A stretch of DNA of 64,000 nt, taken from NCBI GenBank assembly GCA_035327585.1, contig DAOLDD010000004.1, positions 93,327 through 157,326 on the forward strand, written 5' to 3'. Under the pieces are notes generated by a model that saw only the letters and a list, made by a program, of their open reading frames with translations, made no database searches and had not been told where the DNA came from. Shown piece by piece: positions 17,090 through 27,306 of this stretch. Numbering within the stretch: position 1 is the stretch's first letter; each line of letters begins with the position of its first letter. The position numbers and the translations under genes were made by a program. This DNA is from Kiritimatiellia bacterium (GTDB lineage: Bacteria; Verrucomicrobiota; Kiritimatiellia; CAIVKH01).

Positions 17090-18483
17090 ACTCCATCCCT
17101 CTTCTTGCGGCGTTCGCGCTGCTGGTTGCGTCCGCCGGTTGCGCCCGCCTCGCGGGACCCGCGTATGAGCGGCCCGCCGCGCCCGTGCCCCAGGCGTGGA
17201 CCGCGCCGGCGGCGGACGAGGTGGCCACGCTGCGCACGGATTGGTGGACTGCGTTTGGCGACGCGGAGTTGACGCGGCTGATCGAACAGGCGCTGGCGGG
17301 CAACTTCGACCTGCGCGTGGCCGCGGGCCGCGTGACGCGCGCCGAGGCGCTGGCGGGCGTCGCCGCGAGCCGCCGCCTGCCGACCTTTGGCCTGAACGCG
17401 GGCGCGACGTTCGGGCGGCAGGACGTGGGGCCGGGGCCCAGCGTGAGCACGGAGAGTTACGAGCTGGGCGCGGGGCTGAATTGGGAAATCGATCTCTGGG
17501 GCAAGCTCAAGAAAGGCGAGGCCGCGGCCGACGCCGAGGTCCGCGCCTCCGGGGCCGACTGGCGCGCAGCGTATCTCGTGGTGGCGAGCCAGGTGGCGGG
17601 CCAGTATTTCCGCCTGCGCCAGATCGACGAACTGGCCGCGCTCTACGCCCGCTTCATCGCGGCGGGTGAGCGCATCCTCGGGCTGTACGAGGCGCGTGCC
17701 GCGGAGCAACTGGTGTCCGCCGATGTTGTGCTGCGGCAGCGCGCGGAGCAGCGGCGACTGGAGCGCGAGGCGCAGGAATTGCAGCGCGAGCGGGGTACGA
17801 TTGAAAACGGGCTCGCGGCGTTGCTCGGCCTGCCCGCGGGCGAATTGCGCATCGCGCCCCTCGCGACGCGCGACGCGCTGCGCGCCGTGGCCGTTCCCGC
17901 CGGGCTGCCCGCCGACCTGCTGTCGCGCCGCCCGGATGTGCTCGCCGCGGAATATCGCGTGCTCTCCGCCTACAACCTTACCGGCCAGGCGCGGCTGGAA
18001 CGGCTCCCGTCCATCGCGCTCACCGGGTCCGGGGGCAGCACCAGCGACTCCCTCGGCGGCCTGCTCTCGCAATGGTTGCTGGGCGGCGGGCCGGCGATCC
18101 GCATCCCGCTGCTCGACCCCGCGAAAAAGCGCCAGGTGGCGGTGCGCGAGGCCGAGGCGGAAATCGCCGCCGACCAATACCGCGCCGCCGTGGTGCGCGC
18201 GTTGCAGGAGGTCGAAAACGCGCTGCTGACGCTGGCCAGCCGCCGGGCGCAGGCGGAGAACGCGGATGAGGCGCTGGCCGACCTGCGCGCGGCGCAGGGC
18301 ATCAACCAGATCCAGTTTGAGGAGGGCCTGCTTTCGCAGTTGCAGGTCCTTGAATCCGAACGCAGCCTGTTGCAGGGCGAACAGATCGCGCTCGACCTGC
18401 ATTTCCGGCTGCTCAACGAGACGGTCACGCTCTACAAGGCGCTCGGCGGCGGCTGGCCCGCCGAAACGCCGGGCGCGGAATGA
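17086..18483 (+). CDS. RND efflux outer membrane factor lipoprotein (NodT/OprM family)
   Basis: 465 aa. Lipobox LLVASAGC. Has the TDWWTAFGD and ALGGGW motifs typical of the OMF family. ATGA-type overlap with the pump gene. Confidence 0.85.
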   Translation: MNSIPLLAAFALLVASAGCARLAGPAYERPAAPVPQAWTAPAADEVATLRTDWWTAFGDAELTRLIEQALAGNFDLRVAAGRVTRAEALAGVAASRRLPTFGLNAGATFGRQDVGPGPSVSTESYELGAGLNWEIDLWGKLKKGEAAADAEVRASGADWRAAYLVVASQVAGQYFRLRQIDELAALYARFIAAGERILGLYEARAAEQLVSADVVLRQRAEQRRLEREAQELQRERGTIENGLAALLGLPAGELRIAPLATRDALRAVAVPAGLPADLLSRRPDVLAAEYRVLSAYNLTGQARLERLPSIALTGSGGSTSDSLGGLLSQWLLGGGPAIRIPLLDPAKKRQVAVREAEAEIAADQYRAAVVRALQEVENALLTLASRRAQAENADEALADLRAAQGINQIQFEEGLLSQLQVLESERSLLQGEQIALDLHFRLLNETVTLYKALGGGWPAETPGAE

Positions 18484-18499
18484 CGTCCCCGCTGCGCGC

Positions 18500-19156
18500 A
18501 TGAGACTTGCCCGCCACCTCGACACGGCCGATGCGCTGGCCGAAATACTTTTCGGCCTGATCATGGTCCTCACGTTCACCCTCGCCGCAGGCTTCGTGGC
18601 GTCGGAGGGCGCGCAGGGCGTGCGGGAGATAATGATCGCGGCGATAGGCTGCAACCTGGCGTGGGGCATCATCGATGCCGCGATGTACGTGATGAGTTCC
18701 GCGATGCACCGGGGTCGGCGCAGGCGGTTTGCCGCGGCGATCCGGGCCGCGCCCGATGAGGCCGCGCGCCTGCGCGTGGTCGCGGCGGAACTCGGCGATG
18801 ACTTGGGCGAAGCGGCCACCCCGGCGGATCGCGAGGCCTTTTTCCGTTCCATCCTCCGGATCGCGAGTCATGCCCGTGCAGCGCCGCTGCGCCTCACGCG
18901 GTCCGACTGGCTGGGCGCGTGGAACTGCTTCTATCTGGTGGCCGGCACCACAATCCCGGCGATCCTGCCCTTCCTCGTCCTTCGCGACGATCCGTTCCTT
19001 GCGCTGCGCGTCTCGAACCATTTGCTCGCGCTCCTGCTTTTTGCCGTCGGCTTCACGTGGGCCCGCGAAACCGGCCTGCGCCCGTGGCGAGCGGCCTTCG
19101 TTTTCCTTCTCGCCAGCCTCGCGCTTGTGTATCTTGCGATCGCGCTCGGCGGTTGA
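18500..19156 (+). CDS. Hypothetical integral membrane protein
   Basis: The start is Met at 18500 within the 18266..19156 ORF. It has about five predicted TM helices and no recognisable family motif. Confidence 0.4.
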   Translation: MRLARHLDTADALAEILFGLIMVLTFTLAAGFVASEGAQGVREIMIAAIGCNLAWGIIDAAMYVMSSAMHRGRRRRFAAAIRAAPDEAARLRVVAAELGDDLGEAATPADREAFFRSILRIASHARAAPLRLTRSDWLGAWNCFYLVAGTTIPAILPFLVLRDDPFLALRVSNHLLALLLFAVGFTWARETGLRPWRAAFVFLLASLALVYLAIALGG

Positions 19157-19182
19157 ACTCCAAAAATCGGACAGGTGCTTCC

Positions 19183-19989
19183 ATGAACGTATCCAGGCGT
19201 TTCGCGTTTCCACTGCTCGCCTTCGGTCTCGCCCTGGCCGCGGCCTTCACCGTTTCGTGTGCGCTGCCCTCCTCGCTGCGCGGGACGCCGCCGCTGCGCG
19301 TGGGCCTTGCGCCCGACCTGCCGCCGCTGGCGTTTATGCAGGACGGGCGCATGGCGGGCCTTGAGCTGGAGCTGGCGCGGGATTTGGCGCGGGCGCTGGG
19401 TCGGCCGGTCGAAGTGTCCAGCATGCCGTGGAAGGGTCTGCTTCGTGCGCTGGAGGAGCGGCGGATCGATGTGATCATGGGCGGCATCACCATCACCGAG
19501 GAACGCCGCACGCTGGTGGCCTTTACGCACCCGGTCCTGGAGAGCGGGTTGCTGGCGATGATCCGGGCGGGCGATCTGGATACCCTGAACAACGTCGCCG
19601 CATTGCATGAGCGGGGCGGGCAGCTCGGCGTCATGCCGGGCACGACGAGCGACGCATTCGTGCAGCGCGAGTTTCGGAAGGGACGTCGCGTGCCGGTGGC
19701 CCGCGCGGAGGACGCGCCCATCCTCTTGCAGCGCCGGTCCATTGATGCGTTCGTGCACGACCTGCCGGCCCTTGTCTGGCTGCACAGCCGCAACGCGGCG
19801 AATACCGCGCTCGTCCCGCAACTCCTGCATCGTGAACAAATCGCCTGGGCCCTGCGCCGGGACGACGAGGCGTTGCGGTCGGAGATCGATGCCGTGTTGA
19901 GCCGTTGGAAGCAGGATGGCTCGCTGGACACGGCCATTCACCGGTGGCTTCCGTATTACGGCAAACTCGTCGCCCATCAATCGCCCTGA
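19183..19989 (+). CDS. Periplasmic substrate-binding lipoprotein (ABC transporter SBP family 3-like)
   Basis: The start is Met at 19183 (MNVSRRFAFPLLAFGLALAAAFTVSC, lipobox). The rest has SBP_bac_3-like features (GGITITEER, LGVMPGTTSD). Confidence 0.6.
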   Translation: MNVSRRFAFPLLAFGLALAAAFTVSCALPSSLRGTPPLRVGLAPDLPPLAFMQDGRMAGLELELARDLARALGRPVEVSSMPWKGLLRALEERRIDVIMGGITITEERRTLVAFTHPVLESGLLAMIRAGDLDTLNNVAALHERGGQLGVMPGTTSDAFVQREFRKGRRVPVARAEDAPILLQRRSIDAFVHDLPALVWLHSRNAANTALVPQLLHREQIAWALRRDDEALRSEIDAVLSRWKQDGSLDTAIHRWLPYYGKLVAHQSP

Positions 19990-20002
19990 GGGAGGCTCTA
20001 TC

Positions 20003-20905
20003 ATGAACGACGCCAAGGCCCGCAAACTGGCCTATCACTTCGCGAAGCCGTATCGGGTGGAGGAGGGCGACCGATTCCGCCTGAAGGATTTCGACCCGGC
20101 AGACACCGGGGAGTTCAGCAAGGAGGACAAGCCGCGCGCGAAGGAGGCGCTGGAGCGCGGGGTCGAATATCTCGCCGACCTGCAGGACCGGCTGTACGCG
20201 AATGACCAGTGGTCGCTGCTGCTGATTTTCCAGGCGATGGACGCGGCGGGCAAGGATGGTGCGATCAAGCACGTCATGTCGGGCATCAACCCGCAGGGCT
20301 GCCAGGTCTTTTCCTTCAAGACGCCGTCCGCGGAGGAGCTCGACCATGATTTCCTGTGGCGCTGCCAGAAGCGGCTGCCGGAACGCGGGCGCATCGGGAT
20401 ATTCAACCGGTCGTACTACGAGGAGACGCTCGTCGTCCGCGTGCATCCGGAATTGCTCGCGCACCAGAAGTTGCCGCCGGAACTGGTGGGGAAGATCATC
20501 TGGAAGGAGCGCTTCCAGGACATCCGTTCGTTCGAACGCCATCTCGCCCGCAACGGGACCATCGTCCGGAAGTTTTTCCTGAACGTCTCGAAGGGTGAGC
20601 AGAAGAAACGCTTCCTGGAACGCATCGACACGCCGGAGAAGAACTGGAAATTCTCGGCCGCCGACGTCCGGGAGCGCGGGCATTGGAAGGCGTACATGGC
20701 GGCCTACGAGGACATGATCCGGCACACCGCCACGCCGGAGTCTCCGTGGTACGTCGTGCCCGCCGACAACAAGTGGTACACGCGCATCGTCGTGGCCGCC
20801 GCCGTGATCGAGGCGCTTTCCTCGCTGAAGCTGGCGTATCCCGAAGTCAGCGCCGCCCAGCGCCGCAATCTCGCAGCCGCCAAACGCGCGTTGCTGGCGG
20901 AGTAG
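20003..20905 (+). CDS. ppk2: Polyphosphate kinase 2 family protein
   Basis: The start is Met at 20003 with SD GGGAGG upstream. PPK2 Walker-A-like motif FQAMDAAGKDG. Lid region FNRSYYEETLVVRVH. Length about 300 aa. Confidence 0.85.
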   Translation: MNDAKARKLAYHFAKPYRVEEGDRFRLKDFDPADTGEFSKEDKPRAKEALERGVEYLADLQDRLYANDQWSLLLIFQAMDAAGKDGAIKHVMSGINPQGCQVFSFKTPSAEELDHDFLWRCQKRLPERGRIGIFNRSYYEETLVVRVHPELLAHQKLPPELVGKIIWKERFQDIRSFERHLARNGTIVRKFFLNVSKGEQKKRFLERIDTPEKNWKFSAADVRERGHWKAYMAAYEDMIRHTATPESPWYVVPADNKWYTRIVVAAAVIEALSSLKLAYPEVSAAQRRNLAAAKRALLAE

Positions 20906-20968
20906 GGTTTCGCATGTGTGCCGCGCTTTGCCTGCCGGGGCGAGTCGTCTGCTTGACTGACGGAACTT

Positions 20969-21005
20969 TCCTTACTAGCGTGTAAGGATATGAAATATGT
21001 AAGGA
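20969..21005. promoter_or_regulatory. Putative vapBC operator: perfect 7-bp inverted repeat TCCTTAC-N6-GTAAGGA plus a third GTAAGGA half-site overlapping the SD
   Basis: The inverted repeat is read directly at 20969-20988 (tccttactagcgtgtaagga). A repeat of tgtaagga lies at 20998-21005, just 5' of the vapB ATG at 21013. Confidence 0.45.
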
Positions 21006-21012
21006 GTCGGCC

Positions 21013-21261
21013 ATGGTCACCGCGGCATTAACGAGCAAAGGGCAACTTACCATTCCCAAATCCGTGAGGGATTCGCTCCGACTGCGCACGGGCGACCGGG
21101 TCGCGTTTGTGCTGCGGGGGGATTCCGAGGCGGTGATGAAGCCGGTGACGAAATCCGTGGATGAGGTGTTTGGACGCCTGCACCGCCCGGGGCGGGCGCC
21201 GCTCACCCCCGACGCGATGAAATCGGCCGTCGCCAGAAAGCTGCGGAGCCGTCTTTCATGA
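21013..21261 (+). CDS. vapB: Type II antitoxin, AbrB/MazE/SpoVT-fold (VapB-like)
   Basis: 82 aa. The N-terminal segment KGQLTIPKSVRDSLRLRTGDRVAFVL is a swapped-hairpin AbrB-type DNA-binding motif. It overlaps the downstream PIN gene (ATGA). Confidence 0.8.
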   Translation: MVTAALTSKGQLTIPKSVRDSLRLRTGDRVAFVLRGDSEAVMKPVTKSVDEVFGRLHRPGRAPLTPDAMKSAVARKLRSRLS

Positions 21262-21656
21262 TTGCGGTTGATACGAACGTGCTCGTGCGGTTCCTTGTCC
21301 GCGATGATGAGAAGCAGGCCCAGGCGGTTCGCCGCCGTCTTCAGCACGCCGAACAAAATCGAGAGCGGCTGTTCATCCCGTTGCCTGTGTTGCTGGAGAC
21401 GGTTTGGGTGCTTGAAAGCGCGTACGACATGGCGAGGAGCGCCATCCTTGATGCCCTGCGGGATATGCGGCACATGACCGTGTTCGAGTTCGAGGCCGTT
21501 GATGTGGTGGAGCGATTTCTTGCGGATGGAGACGCTGGCAAGGCCGACATGGCTGATCTGCTCATCGCACATTCCGCGCGCGCCGCCGGTTGTGACAAGG
21601 TCATCACCTTTGATCGCGGTGCCGCCCGACACCCGTTCGTCGAGCTGCTGAAGTAG
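21258..21656 (+). CDS. vapC: PIN-domain toxin VapC
   Basis: 132 aa. Starts MIAVDTNVLVRFLVRDD (the first PIN acidic residue). Further conserved acidic residues at E..D positions. 4-nt overlap with vapB. Confidence 0.8.
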   Translation: MIAVDTNVLVRFLVRDDEKQAQAVRRRLQHAEQNRERLFIPLPVLLETVWVLESAYDMARSAILDALRDMRHMTVFEFEAVDVVERFLADGDAGKADMADLLIAHSARAAGCDKVITFDRGAARHPFVELLK

Positions 21657-21818
21657 GTCTGCACGACCCATGGGGCGATGCTTGTCGGCGGGGCGCTCAA
21701 GCGCGACATCGATTCCAGCTCGCGGTCCTTTGTCTCCCGCACGAAGCGCCAGACGAAGACGAAGGAGAGCGCGGCGCAGGCGGCGCTGAGGTGTCGCAAG
21801 TGCAAAGCCCCGGCGTGT

Positions 21819-23549
21819 TCAGGGCAGGACTTCGCGGCGGCCGTCGAGCTGGCGGTCGATCTCCGCCTGTTTCTGGTCGAGCAGGCCTTCGAGGGCGGCG
21901 CGCACGGCTTCGGAGAGGTCGCGCGCCTCCTCCAGGCGCGGCAGGTAGACGTAGGTCGCTCCGGCCGCGCGGAGGCGTTTCACCTCGGACAGCAGTTCGG
22001 TCGTGATGATGATCCGCGCGCTCGGGTTGATTTCCCTGAGCTGGCGCACGAGTTTTTCGTTCGTGATGCCCTTGAGCAGGCTTTCCGGCACGGTGCAGAT
22101 GAAGAGCGCCGCATCGGCGGCGCCAGCCTTGAGCAGGGTGTCGCGCTGGCTCACGTCGCCATACACGATGTGCACCCCGCGCTTCCTCAATTCCTCGAAG
22201 ACCACGGGATTAAAGTCCACCACGGACACGCGGGGCAGCAGGTGCGGCGCGTGTTGCGTCAGCTCCTCCAGGAGGGAGCTGGCCTCGCGGAAGAAGCCGA
22301 CGATCAGGATCCGGCCGGCCGACCCCGCGCCGGCGGTGGCCTCGGGCGCGGCGGTCGCCCCGGCGTCGAGATCCTTCAGGCCCGCGCGCTTCAGCACGGG
22401 AATCAGCCGGCGCACCAGCGGGTCGCTGTTGGAGATCGCGAGCGAGGAGAGGACGGCGAGCACGACGAAGGCCAGCGAGACGGCGGCGCTGGTGTCCGCC
22501 CCGATGTGGCCCGCCTGCACGCCGAGGGCGAGGATCACGAGGGAGAATTCGCTGATTTGCGCAAGGTTGATGCCGGGCAGCAGGCTGATGCGCAGGCCGG
22601 TGCGCATCAGGTACAGTGGCGTAAAGGTCGTCACGAGGCGGCTTGCGACGGTGAACACCGCCACGCCCGCGGCGAGGCCGATGACGCTCCAGGTGGGCAG
22701 CGGGATCGCGAGGCCGAGGCCGAGGAAGAACAGCGTGACGAAAAAATCGCGCAGGCTCGTCACCTTCGCGCCGACGTCGAGCGCGTAAGGGAAGGTGGAG
22801 AGCGCGACGCCAGCGATCAGCGCGCCCATCGCGCGCGAGAGCTGGAGCTGCGCCGCCAGTTCGCCGATCATGAAGCACCACGCCAGCGCGCCGACCAGCA
22901 TGAGTTCCGGCAGGCGGGCCACGCGGCGGAAAATGGCGGGGAGGATGTAGCGCGCCACCGCGAGCGCGGTGGCCACCAGCACGACCACGCGCAGGAGCGA
23001 GAGCAGCAGCACGCTGACCTTCAGGTCGTTCAGGTTCGGCTGCACCGCGAGGAACAGGATCGAGAACAGGTCCTGCAGGACGACGATGCCCAGCGTGATG
23101 CGGCCCGCGAGCGTGTCGAGCTCGCGCCGGTCATAGAGCAGTTTGACGATCACGACGGTGCAACTGCACGCCGTGGCGACCGCCAGGTAGAGGGCGGCCC
23201 AGCGGCCGTCCCGGCCCAGCGGGAAGCCGACGGCCCAGAACACCGCGATGCCGAGCAGCAGCCCGCCAAGAATCTGCACGCTGGAGGTGACGGTGATGGA
23301 TTTCCCGGCGGAGGCGATTTTCTTCAGGTCGATTTCGAGCCCGATCATGAACAGCAGGAAGAGCAGACCGAGTTCGGAAATCAAACCGATGGCGCGCGGG
23401 TCGCTCACCAAATTGAGGCAGGCGGGGCCGACGACGAAGCCACCGAGCAGGTAGGCAAGCAGCGGCGGCTGACGAACGGCGTGCGCGAGCAGGCCCAGCA
23501 ACCATGCCGTGATGACGCAGATGCCGATGTCCTGGATGAGTTGCGGCAT
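21819..23549 (-). CDS. Monovalent cation:proton antiporter-2 (CPA2) family K+ efflux protein with C-terminal RCK/TrkA-N domain (KefB/KefC-like)
   Basis: 576 aa. The N-terminal segment has about 12 TM helices with Na_H_Exchanger motifs. The C-terminal Rossmann motif ILIVGFFREASSLLEEL is TrkA-N type. Confidence 0.85.
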   Translation of the reverse strand: MPQLIQDIGICVITAWLLGLLAHAVRQPPLLAYLLGGFVVGPACLNLVSDPRAIGLISELGLLFLLFMIGLEIDLKKIASAGKSITVTSSVQILGGLLLGIAVFWAVGFPLGRDGRWAALYLAVATACSCTVVIVKLLYDRRELDTLAGRITLGIVVLQDLFSILFLAVQPNLNDLKVSVLLLSLLRVVVLVATALAVARYILPAIFRRVARLPELMLVGALAWCFMIGELAAQLQLSRAMGALIAGVALSTFPYALDVGAKVTSLRDFFVTLFFLGLGLAIPLPTWSVIGLAAGVAVFTVASRLVTTFTPLYLMRTGLRISLLPGINLAQISEFSLVILALGVQAGHIGADTSAAVSLAFVVLAVLSSLAISNSDPLVRRLIPVLKRAGLKDLDAGATAAPEATAGAGSAGRILIVGFFREASSLLEELTQHAPHLLPRVSVVDFNPVVFEELRKRGVHIVYGDVSQRDTLLKAGAADAALFICTVPESLLKGITNEKLVRQLREINPSARIIITTELLSEVKRLRAAGATYVYLPRLEEARDLSEAVRAALEGLLDQKQAEIDRQLDGRREVLP

Positions 23550-23659
23550 ATCAGAATCGTGCTTCTATTGCAGGAGGCGGCGAAATGGCTCAATGCCCAA
23601 TGACCCCTGAAATGAAATCCGTATTGGTCATTTTGTCATTCGGACTTGGGCATTCCGGT

Positions 23660-25426
23660 TTATTCCCAGCGCGGGCCGGATGGGCGTTTGGCGGGCCGGT
23701 GGTGGGGTGGGGCGCCGTGGGGGCGCTTGTGGAAGCCGCCGGGCCGCTTGCCCGCGGCGTGGCCGCGGCCCATGCCGTGCGTGGGGTCGGTTTCGACGAC
23801 GGCGCGGACTGGGCGTCCATGGAACTCCGCGCGGTTCAGCCCGGGCAGAATCAGGTCGGCGGCCTCGGATGACACCTCGAATACGCTGTCCTGCTCCATG
23901 ATCCGGATCCGGCCGAGGCGCAGTTTCGGGCCGGGCGTGGCGCGGTTGATGATGGAAATCAGCAGCGGCGGCGTAAGTCCGTTGCGCCCGCCAATGTTGA
24001 CGCGCAGGCGTACGACGTTGCCGGATAGCGGTTCGCCGACCGGCGCGGTGCGTTCGAGGCGCGGCCCGCGTTCCGGCCTGTCGCGGTGCTCGTGCGGCGG
24101 CGCGGCATTCAGGTCCGGCGCGCTCTTGTAGTAGTCGAGGAACCGCGCCAGGTCGCGCAGGGCGAAGCGCTGGATGAGTTCCTCGCGCGACAGGCCGTCC
24201 AGCGCCTCGTTGATCCGCGGCATGAAGGCGTCCAGTTCGCCGGACGGGGGCGGCATGGCCTTGATCCGCTCCAACTGGGCCAGCAACTGCGCCTCGCAAA
24301 TTTCACGCCCGCCAGGGACCTGCTTGTTCTCAAAGCGCTTGTTCATGATGCGCTCAATGGCGCGGATCTTGTAGTGCTCGCGCATGTGAATGAGCACGAT
24401 GGAGATGCCGGCCTTGCCCGCGCGCCCGGTGCGGCCGCTGCGGTGCGTGTAGACGTCGGGGTCGCCGGGCAGGTCGTAGTTGATGACGTGCGTGAGGTCG
24501 TCCACGTCGAGGCCGCGCGCGGCTACGTCGGTGGCGACGAGGATTTGCACCGTGCGCTGGCGGAACGCGCGCATGACGCGGTCGCGCTGGTCCTGCGAGA
24601 GGTCGCCGTGCAGCGTGTCCGCGTTGTAGCCGTCGGTGGTGAGCCGCGCCGCCACGTCCTGCGTCTCCTGCCGGGTGCGGCAGAACACGATGCCGTAGAG
24701 GCCGGGGCGCGCGTCGATGATGCGTTTGAGCGCCTCATAGCGGTCGCGGGCGTGAACCGTGTAGCACTCGTGCGTGACGTTCGCGGCGCCGGCGTTGCGC
24801 GTGCCGAGGATGATTTCCTCGGGGTCGTTCATGTACTTGGCGGCCATCGCGGCGACCTGTTTGGGCATCGTCGCGGAGAAGAGCAGGGTGCGCGCCTGGT
24901 CGGGCACGTCCTTGAGGATCGACTCCAGCTCCTCTTGGAAGCCCATGTTGAGCATCTCGTCCGCCTCGTCGAGCACGACGCGCTGGACGTGGTCGAGTTT
25001 GACGCAGCCGCGCCGCATCAGGTCATTCAGGCGGCCGGGCGTGGCGGCGAGGATGTGCACGCCGCGCTGCAACTGGCGGATCTGGGTCTGGATCGGCGCG
25101 CCGCCGTACACCGCGAGCACGCGCAGGTGCGGGGCGAAGCGTCCGAAGTCGGCGAGGTCCTTCGCGATCTGCACGCACAACTCGCGGGTCGGCGCGAGTA
25201 CGAGCGCCTGGATGCGCGCCTGCGCCGGGTCGGTCAGCTGCAGCAACGGCAGGCCGAACGCCGCGGTCTTGCCGGTCCCGGTCTGCGCGAGGGCGACCAG
25301 GTCGCGCTGGCCCTGGATCAGCAGCGGGATCACCTTCTCCTGCACCGGGGTGGGTGTTTCAAAGCCGAGTTCCGCCACGCCTTTTTGCAGGTCCGGGGAG
25401 AGTCCGAGGGTTGTGAAGCTGCTCAT
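23660..25426 (-). CDS. deaD: DEAD-box ATP-dependent RNA helicase (DeaD/CsdA-like with C-terminal RNA-binding extension)
   Basis: The start is Met at 25426 (MSSFTTLGL). Q motif; motif I AQTGTGKT; PTRELC; DEAD (VVLDEADEM); SAT; HRSGRTGRAG. C-terminal DbpA-like region and an Arg/Pro-rich basic tail. Confidence 0.9.
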   Translation of the reverse strand: MSSFTTLGLSPDLQKGVAELGFETPTPVQEKVIPLLIQGQRDLVALAQTGTGKTAAFGLPLLQLTDPAQARIQALVLAPTRELCVQIAKDLADFGRFAPHLRVLAVYGGAPIQTQIRQLQRGVHILAATPGRLNDLMRRGCVKLDHVQRVVLDEADEMLNMGFQEELESILKDVPDQARTLLFSATMPKQVAAMAAKYMNDPEEIILGTRNAGAANVTHECYTVHARDRYEALKRIIDARPGLYGIVFCRTRQETQDVAARLTTDGYNADTLHGDLSQDQRDRVMRAFRQRTVQILVATDVAARGLDVDDLTHVINYDLPGDPDVYTHRSGRTGRAGKAGISIVLIHMREHYKIRAIERIMNKRFENKQVPGGREICEAQLLAQLERIKAMPPPSGELDAFMPRINEALDGLSREELIQRFALRDLARFLDYYKSAPDLNAAPPHEHRDRPERGPRLERTAPVGEPLSGNVVRLRVNIGGRNGLTPPLLISIINRATPGPKLRLGRIRIMEQDSVFEVSSEAADLILPGLNRAEFHGRPVRAVVETDPTHGMGRGHAAGKRPGGFHKRPHGAPPHHRPAKRPSGPRWE

Positions 25427-25468
25427 GGGGAGACGGTGTAGCGGGTTCGGGCGCGAACGGCGAAGCAA

Positions 25469-25493
25469 ATTTTAACCACGGAGGCACGGAGGG
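25469..25493. repeat. Second copy of the ATTTNACCACGGAGGCACGGAGGG element, in the divergent deaD/guaA promoter region
   Basis: Read directly: attttaaccacggaggcacggaggg. A related GGCACARAG tandem lies at 36757-36799. Confidence 0.45.
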
Positions 25494-25670
25494 CGCGGGG
25501 AACACGGGGACGATTGACCCGCCGCGATCGGTTTGTGCCCGTCCTCGTCGTCGTCCTCACCTTTCGATTTCGAGAACGAGGAGTGAGGACGAGAACGAGG
25601 ATGAATAGGGGCGGCGCAATCCACGCTTGTCCACCCGCGCGGGGGTGTGTACATACGACGGCTTCCTCCC

Positions 25671-27266
25671 ATGACGCACGACTGGATCGCCATTCTCGAT
25701 TTCGGCTCGCAATACACGCAGCTCATTGCGCGGCGCATCCGCGAGCTGCACGTGTACTGCGAGATCCTGCCGTGCGACACGGCGGCGGCGGAGCTCGCCG
25801 CGCGCAAGGCCGCTGGCGTGATCCTGTCCGGCGGCCCGGCCAGCGTTTACGAGGACGGCGCGCCGTCGTGCGATCCGGCGATTTTCGAGCTTGGCGTCCC
25901 GGTGCTCGGCGTCTGCTACGGCATGCAGCTCATGGCCCGTCAACTGGGCGGCCGCGTGGAGCCGGGGTCCACGCGCGAATTCGGCCACGCGGAGGTCCGC
26001 GCGCGCGGGCATACGAAGCTGCTCGCCGGCATCCAGGACCGCGCGAACGTGGAGGGCCACGGGCTGCTTCACGTGTGGATGAGCCACGGCGACAAGGTGG
26101 CCGCGTTGCCGGAAGGCTTCAAACTGATGGCCTCCACCGATGCCTGCCCCATCGCGGGCATGGCGGACGAAGCGCGGCGTTTTTATGGCGTGCAGTTCCA
26201 CCCCGAGGTGACGCATACGCACCAGGGCGCGGCGATCCTGCGCCGCTTCGTGCGCGACCTGTGCGGCACGAAGGGCGACTGGCGGATGGGCGACTACGTG
26301 GAAGAGGCGACGGCCCGCATCCGCGCGCAGGTCGGCGCGGACCATGTGCTGCTCGGGTTGTCCGGCGGCGTGGACAGCTCCGTTGCGGCGGCGCTGATTC
26401 ACAAGGCGATTGGCGATCAACTCACCTGCGTGTTCGTCGACCACGGCCTGTTGCGCCTGAACGAGGCGGAGCAGGTGATGGAGACGTTCGCGAAGAACCT
26501 CGGCGTGCGTGTCATCCATGTGAACGCGGAGGAACGTTTCATGACGAAGCTCGCGGGCGTCGAGGACCCGGAGCAGAAGCGCAAAATCATCGGCCGCGAA
26601 TTTGTCGAAGTCTTCCAGGCGGAATCCGAAACCCTCAAGCAAACCGACCGCGCCGTAAAGTGGCTCGCGCAGGGCACGATTTATCCCGACGTCATCGAAT
26701 CCGCCGGAGTGAAAGGCAAGAAGGCGACGACCATCAAGTCGCACCACAACGTCGGCGGCCTGCCGGAGACGCTGCACCTGAAGCTGCTCGAACCGCTGCG
26801 CGAGTTGTTCAAGGACGAGGTGCGCCAGCTCGGCCTCGAACTCGGCCTGCCGCGCGACATGGTGTACCGCCATCCGTTTCCCGGCCCCGGCCTCGGCGTG
26901 CGCATCCTTGGCGAAGTGAAAAAAGAATACGCCGACCTGCTGCGCCGGGCGGACGCGATTTTTATCGAGGAGCTGCGCAACACGCCGTCCGCCGACGGGC
27001 GCAGTTGGTATGACGACACCGCGCAGGCGTTCGCCGTCTTCCTGCCCGTGCGGAGCGTGGGCGTGATGGGCGACGGGCGCACCTACGAATATGTCGTCGC
27101 ATTGCGCGCCGTGCAGACCACGGATTTTATGACCGCCCACTGGGCGCACCTGCCGCACGAACTCCTGAGCCGCGTCGCGAACCGGATCATCAACGAAGTC
27201 CGCGGCCTCAACCGCGTCGTCTATGATATCAGCAGCAAGCCCCCCGCGACGATCGAGTGGGAATAG
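25671..27266 (+). CDS. guaA: GMP synthase (glutamine-hydrolysing)
   Basis: The start is Met at 25671. GATase-1 N-terminus ([22 protein letters not shown]). ATP-PPase SGGVDSS loop. C-terminus ...TIEWE. Confidence 0.95.
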   Translation: MTHDWIAILDFGSQYTQLIARRIRELHVYCEILPCDTAAAELAARKAAGVILSGGPASVYEDGAPSCDPAIFELGVPVLGVCYGMQLMARQLGGRVEPGSTREFGHAEVRARGHTKLLAGIQDRANVEGHGLLHVWMSHGDKVAALPEGFKLMASTDACPIAGMADEARRFYGVQFHPEVTHTHQGAAILRRFVRDLCGTKGDWRMGDYVEEATARIRAQVGADHVLLGLSGGVDSSVAAALIHKAIGDQLTCVFVDHGLLRLNEAEQVMETFAKNLGVRVIHVNAEERFMTKLAGVEDPEQKRKIIGREFVEVFQAESETLKQTDRAVKWLAQGTIYPDVIESAGVKGKKATTIKSHHNVGGLPETLHLKLLEPLRELFKDEVRQLGLELGLPRDMVYRHPFPGPGLGVRILGEVKKEYADLLRRADAIFIEELRNTPSADGRSWYDDTAQAFAVFLPVRSVGVMGDGRTYEYVVALRAVQTTDFMTAHWAHLPHELLSRVANRIINEVRGLNRVVYDISSKPPATIEWE

Positions 27267-27306
27267 ATCGTCGCCGCGCGCAACATATTCAAATGAGGTA
27301 ATTCAA

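Noticed and set aside
13727-18852. Two very long minus-strand ORFs (929 aa and 755 aa)
   Set aside because: They are antisense to the RND pump and OMF genes, which have unmistakable family features. They are artefacts of high GC and low stop-codon frequency.
21678-23603. 641-aa plus-strand ORF
   Set aside because: It is antisense to the CPA2 antiporter gene and has an Arg/Gly/Asp/Glu-rich low-complexity translation.
24086-25441. 451-aa plus-strand ORF
   Set aside because: It is antisense to the DEAD-box helicase, which has all helicase motifs in order.
25557-27158. 533-aa minus-strand ORF
   Set aside because: It is antisense to guaA.
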